Assembly: GCF_030144855.1 (NCBI RefSeq)
Contig: NC_082722.1
Span: 19,902,001-19,966,000, forward strand
Origin: Hypanus sabinus
Lineage: Eukaryota
Direction of reading: 5' to 3'
DNA: 64,000 nt
Below, in pieces: positions 59,670-64,000 of this stretch. The translations under genes and the position numbers were made by a program. The notes under the pieces are model-generated. The model was not told where the DNA came from, made no database searches, and saw only the letters and a program-made list of their open reading frames with translations. How positions within the stretch are numbered: the stretch's first letter is position 1; the number at the start of each line of letters is the position of its first letter.

Positions 59670-60925
59670 CATTTTAATTTTTGTCATGCAGGATTAGCAA
59701 AACCTATACTTCTTTCACCATACCAAATTGGGAGAAATATAGCCCTTTCAAGATCGAGGTGAATTTTGATAGGGTTAGATAGCAAAGGATAGAGAGTCGA
59801 GCGCAAACCCACATTCAACACCTCCGCTGGCAGTTCATTCCACAATTGCATCAGCGTCTGAGAGAAGACGTTTCCCCTCAGGTTCGCCTTTAATAATTCT
59901 AATTTCACTCTTAAGCTATGACTTCTAATTACATACTTACCCAACCTGTGTGAATGAAGTAGGCTGACATGCTCCATATCTACATTCCTCATAATTTTGT
60001 ATACCTCTATCAAATGTTCGCTCGTTCTCTTACGAATCATGGAAAAATAACCTAACATGTAAAACCTTCCCTCATAATTCATGTCCTCAAATTCATGCAA
60101 CATCTTTGTAAGTATTATTTGTATTAATTCAATCATATTGACAACTTTCCTTCAGACAGGTCACAAGAATTGCGAACAATACTCCAAGTTTGTTCTCTCT
60201 AACGTCTAATACAACTTCAGCATAGCATCCGAGCTTGTACACTCAATGCTCTGATATACGAAGGTCAATATGATAAAGGTTATCTTAACGATACCATCCG
60301 CCTTTGACTCCACTTTCAATGAATTATCGATCTATATTCCAAGATCATTTCTTTTTTTTACCGCACTACTCTATGCCAGTCTCGTCCATTATGTATATCC
60401 AAGACTGGTTTGTATTCTCAAAGTGCAACATCTTACAATTAATTTCATTAAATGCTATCTGCCATTTTCAGCCCACGTGCTCCATAACCCGCTTGGAGCT
60501 TTGATAACCATGTGACACAGCACTGGTCAAAGACCTTCATTCAAAGAACAGCCATTTACTACCATACTCTGGCTTCTCCGGAGAATTCGACGTTAGATAC
60601 AATTTACTCCTTCAGTTTGAATGCCAAAAGAATGTGCTTGATCAACTCACCACTCTCATGCAGAACCTTTCCAAAGACCTTGCTAAAATCCTTGTTAACC
60701 ATATCCATTGTTACCCTTCATCAAGATCAATGGTAACCCACCCGAAAAGCTCATTAAGACTGGTTAGACACAGCCTACCTTGCACAAAACACTGTTGTCT
60801 ATTCCCAATAAAGCCCAGTTTATCTACATAATTATATATCCCATTCTTTAGAATATATTCTAATAAATTATCCACTTTTCTGTAATACCAACTAGTCTAT
60901 AATATCGCGGCTTATTCAGAGATTC
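59670..60925 (-). mobile_element. Degenerate CR1 LINE in the gene 2 V-C1 intron
   Basis: ORF 59684-60136 (HLIEVYKIM, LWNELPAEV). Confidence 0.75.
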
Positions 60926-60939
60926 TATCTTGAACAATG

Positions 60940-62525
60940 GCAAAGCTAGAGACATAGTTGGAGAACAAGTTCCTGAGAAGCTTTCAGGTCTGAAATTAGG
61001 TAACTCACATGGACCAGATGACATACATCCCAGGATTCTGAAATAAGTTGCTGATGAGATTGTGGAGGCATTAGTGAAGGTCTTTCAAGAATTACTAGAT
61101 TTTTCAATGGTTCTAATAGACTGGAAGATAGCAAATATCATTCCACTCTGCAAGAAGGCAGAGAGGTAGAAAAAAGAAACTGTAGGCGAGTTAGTGTACC
61201 TCACTGGTTGACTAGCTGTTGCAGTCCGTTACTAAGGATCAGGTTTTAGGTTACTTGGAGGCACATAATAAAACACGCCATATTCAGCATGATTTCCTGA
61301 AGGGATACTCTCGCCAGACAAATCAGATTGAATTATTTGAACGAGTGAAAAGCAGGATAGATAAAGATAGGTAGAATTGGTTGTTATGTACATGAATTTT
61401 CAGAAGGCGTTAGACAAGATACCATGGGAACCAGTTTAACCATCTACGAGTCCAAAGTATTGCACAAAGATTCTCGGCTGGATAAAACTGTAGCTGGTTG
61501 GTAACAGACAAAGAATGGGAATAAAGGGAGCATTTTCTGGTTGGCTGCCCGTGACTAATTGTGTTCCACAGGGGTCTGTGCTGTGACCATTTCTTTTAAG
61601 GTTATATGTCAATGATAAGGATAATGGAATTGATGACTTTATTGCAAATTGTGGAAATCCATATGAAGACCATTGGTCAGGCAGGTAGTTTTTAGGAAAT
61701 AGGGAGGCTACCGAAGAACTTTGACAGATTAGGAGAATAGGCAAAAAAGTGACAGATGGAATATAGTGTCGAGAAGTGTGTGGTTATGCACTTTGGTAGA
61801 GGGTAAGAACGTTTTGAGTATTTTCTAACTGGAGAGAAAATACTAAAACATGGAGGTGCAAAGGGACTTGGGATTAATTTGCAGATTCAGTCTGTGGTCA
61901 CGAAGGCGAATTCAGTAAGAGCATTCATTTCAAGGGGACTAGAATATAATAGCAAGGATGTAATGTTGAGTCTTTATAAAACACTGGTGAGGCGTCACGA
62001 CACATTGTGAACAGTTTTAGACCTCTTATCTTGGAACGAATGTGCGGAAACTGGAGAGGGTTCAAAAGAGTTTCAGAACAATGATTCCAGAATTAAATAT
62101 CTGGTCATATGAGAGCGTTTTATGCCTCTGGGCCTATTTTCACTAGAGTTCAGAAAAATAAATTAGGGATGATCGCATTTAAACCTATTGAAAAGTGAAA
62201 GTAATTGATTGTATGGATGTGGACAGGATGTATCCTACTGTGGGAGAATATAAGACCAGGGGACGCAGCCTCAGAATAGAGGGGCATCATTTTAAAAAGG
62301 AGATGAAGGGGATATTTTTGGCCACAGGCAGCTGTGGAGACAAAGTCTTTATGGATGTTTAAAGCAGAGGTGATAGATTCTTGATTAGTTAGGGCATAAA
62401 CAGCTATGGGGAGAAGGCAGGAGATTTAGGCTGAGAGGAAAATATTAGCTTTGATGAAATGGCAGGGCAAACTTGGTGGGCCAAATGGCCTAATTCGGCT
62501 CTTATATCCAGCAGTCATAGGTCTT
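60940..62525 (+). mobile_element. Degenerate CR1 LINE (RT to 3' end) in the gene 2 V-C1 intron
   Basis: Recognisable CR1 RT nucleotide motifs (ccacaggggtctgtgctg, aagggacttggga, gaccaggggacgcagcctcagaatag). Confidence 0.75.
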
Positions 62526-63963
62526 AAAACATTAGTTATACACTAGTCCACCGGCACCTCACCCACGAGTAAGAACATTCTAAATAACTCTATCTGGCCC
62601 CTTTCACTTTCAGCATCAGCTTCTAACGAAGTCCGATGGGACAGCTTGCCATGTTCTGGGGACTTCTGCACCCTAATTTGCCACAAGGCTGTAATCCGTA
62701 TATGGGCCATGACATTGCTTCTGCTTTGTCTTAGTTGTATTTTCTCTGTGTACGTCTGCCGAGTAAGTACAAATGGAAATATATCAGATCTCCCCCCATT
62801 TCTTTCTGCTCCATGCATTGTTTAACCAGCTGATCTTCAAATAGGTCAATCTTTTCTGTCGATGTCCCAGTATGCTGAGTGTATCTGCAGATCCCTTCGA
62901 TTACCCCCCTCCCTTAGATTGTCTTTCACCTAGAATTTGAGCCGTCCGAGAATGTTGACGTCGGCAGAGGTGTAGGAAGTAGAGTTGGGTAACCGTGAGC
63001 TCCGGATGGCAGAGTGAAATCCTAACTGATGTAATAAACAGATAAAGCAATCTAGCTATTGAAACTCCCCTGATAGACACTGACCATAGCTGTGTTGGAA
63101 GCAGTCAACGTTTACAAAAACTTAAAATTGGGCTCGCAATTTCTACAAACGATCCTGTAGCAGTGCAAGTCACTATCGACAGTTTTGCTGCAGGAATTCA
63201 GGATTTAGAACGAATGGAACTCTAGAATCAGTGTGTATTTGTTTATCAATTTGCATTTGCGTTCCTGGTTGTTTAATGGAGGAGATGATTTGTCATATTC
63301 AGTACGGTGGAACCGTTGCAGTTTATGCTTCACGTTCCGGGGAAAGCTCCGTTACTGAATGCTTATGACTGGGAAGCTCGACCCCAATACATGGAACACT
63401 CCCCTAACAGTTGAAAAACAAGAATATTAAACTCAATGTGCATTTGTACTATAGAAATCTGTGATATTTTGGGTTTTGTAGCACAGTCTTGATACGAAAT
63501 GCAAAATCCAAAAGTTGCCAGATTTCCAAAGCTAACCGCCGCCGCAAGCCCAACTCTGCAATAAAGCTCAAATACTATTCAAAAGAGAACGTTTTCATCA
63601 CTTCGGACCTTCGAGCTTCACCGTCGAAGTATATTCCCTCAACTCTTCCTTTCATCTGTTTCCCAACGTGACTGTATTTAATCTGCTTATGTGGTGACTG
63701 CATGTGCTGTGTGTGGCTATATATACTGTACTGTATTCTGTTACTTGGTCCCAGAAGAACAATCTTTCGATTAGTTATGTGTGCGTATGGTTGAGCAACA
63801 ATGAACAGAGAGTGACATTGAAATAATTTATTAAATACTGGTTAATACTCGCGGGTAACACATTTGATAGTTAGAGTGTCATGCTAGTTAGTGGGGAGAA
63901 GAAGGAATCACCCTATATTGAAACGGATCGAAAATACTCAATATAACTTTGGTTTTACTCAAG

Positions 63964-64000
63964 CTCCTCCAGCTCCATTGGAAATTGTTCCAGTTGGAGG
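63964..64000 (+). CDS. Gene 2 exon 3 (start), C1 domain, cut by the window end (APPAPLEIVPVG...)
   Basis: Acceptor ggttttactcaag; 28/37 nt identical to the start of the gene 1 C1 exon; upstream intron also aligns. Confidence 0.85.

Noticed and set aside
1-64000. tRNA, rRNA, CRISPR arrays, RAG-like or Transib-like elements
   Set aside because: None recognised by eye. A tRNAscan/Rfam/Dfam scan was not possible, so degenerate copies cannot be excluded.

Overview
Vertebrate genomic DNA. The repeat content (CR1, Rex/Babar and Penelope remnants, a BEL/Pao LTR element) and the Ig exons suggest a cartilaginous fish, probably a ray; this is inference, as no database search was possible. The main content is a tandem cluster of non-rearranging, antigen-receptor-like Ig-superfamily genes on the + strand. 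Gene 1 (18085-30788) assembles by hand into a complete 7-exon ORF with consistent splice phases: leader, single-exon germline-joined VJ domain, C1-set domain, uncharged TM, short spacer, then two related cytoplasmic exons that each carry two tyrosine motifs 23 residues apart (about 348 aa; 307 aa if the exon-6 donor is read through). Gene 2 (58819 to beyond the window end) is a diverged paralogue (leader, VJ exon, start of C1). A decayed copy of the terminal ITIM exon at 54539-54676 marks a third paralogue. Both V domains are unusually compact (54 residues Cys to Cys), and I found no RSS flanking them. Intergenic DNA is a mosaic of duplicated blocks (X, X'; Y1, Y2, Y3) with filled versus empty retroelement sites, a near-intact BEL element, a solo LTR of the same family, and two N-gaps at homologous positions. 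All exon models come from splice signals, phase and translation only; there is no expression evidence, and many repeat boundaries are approximate.
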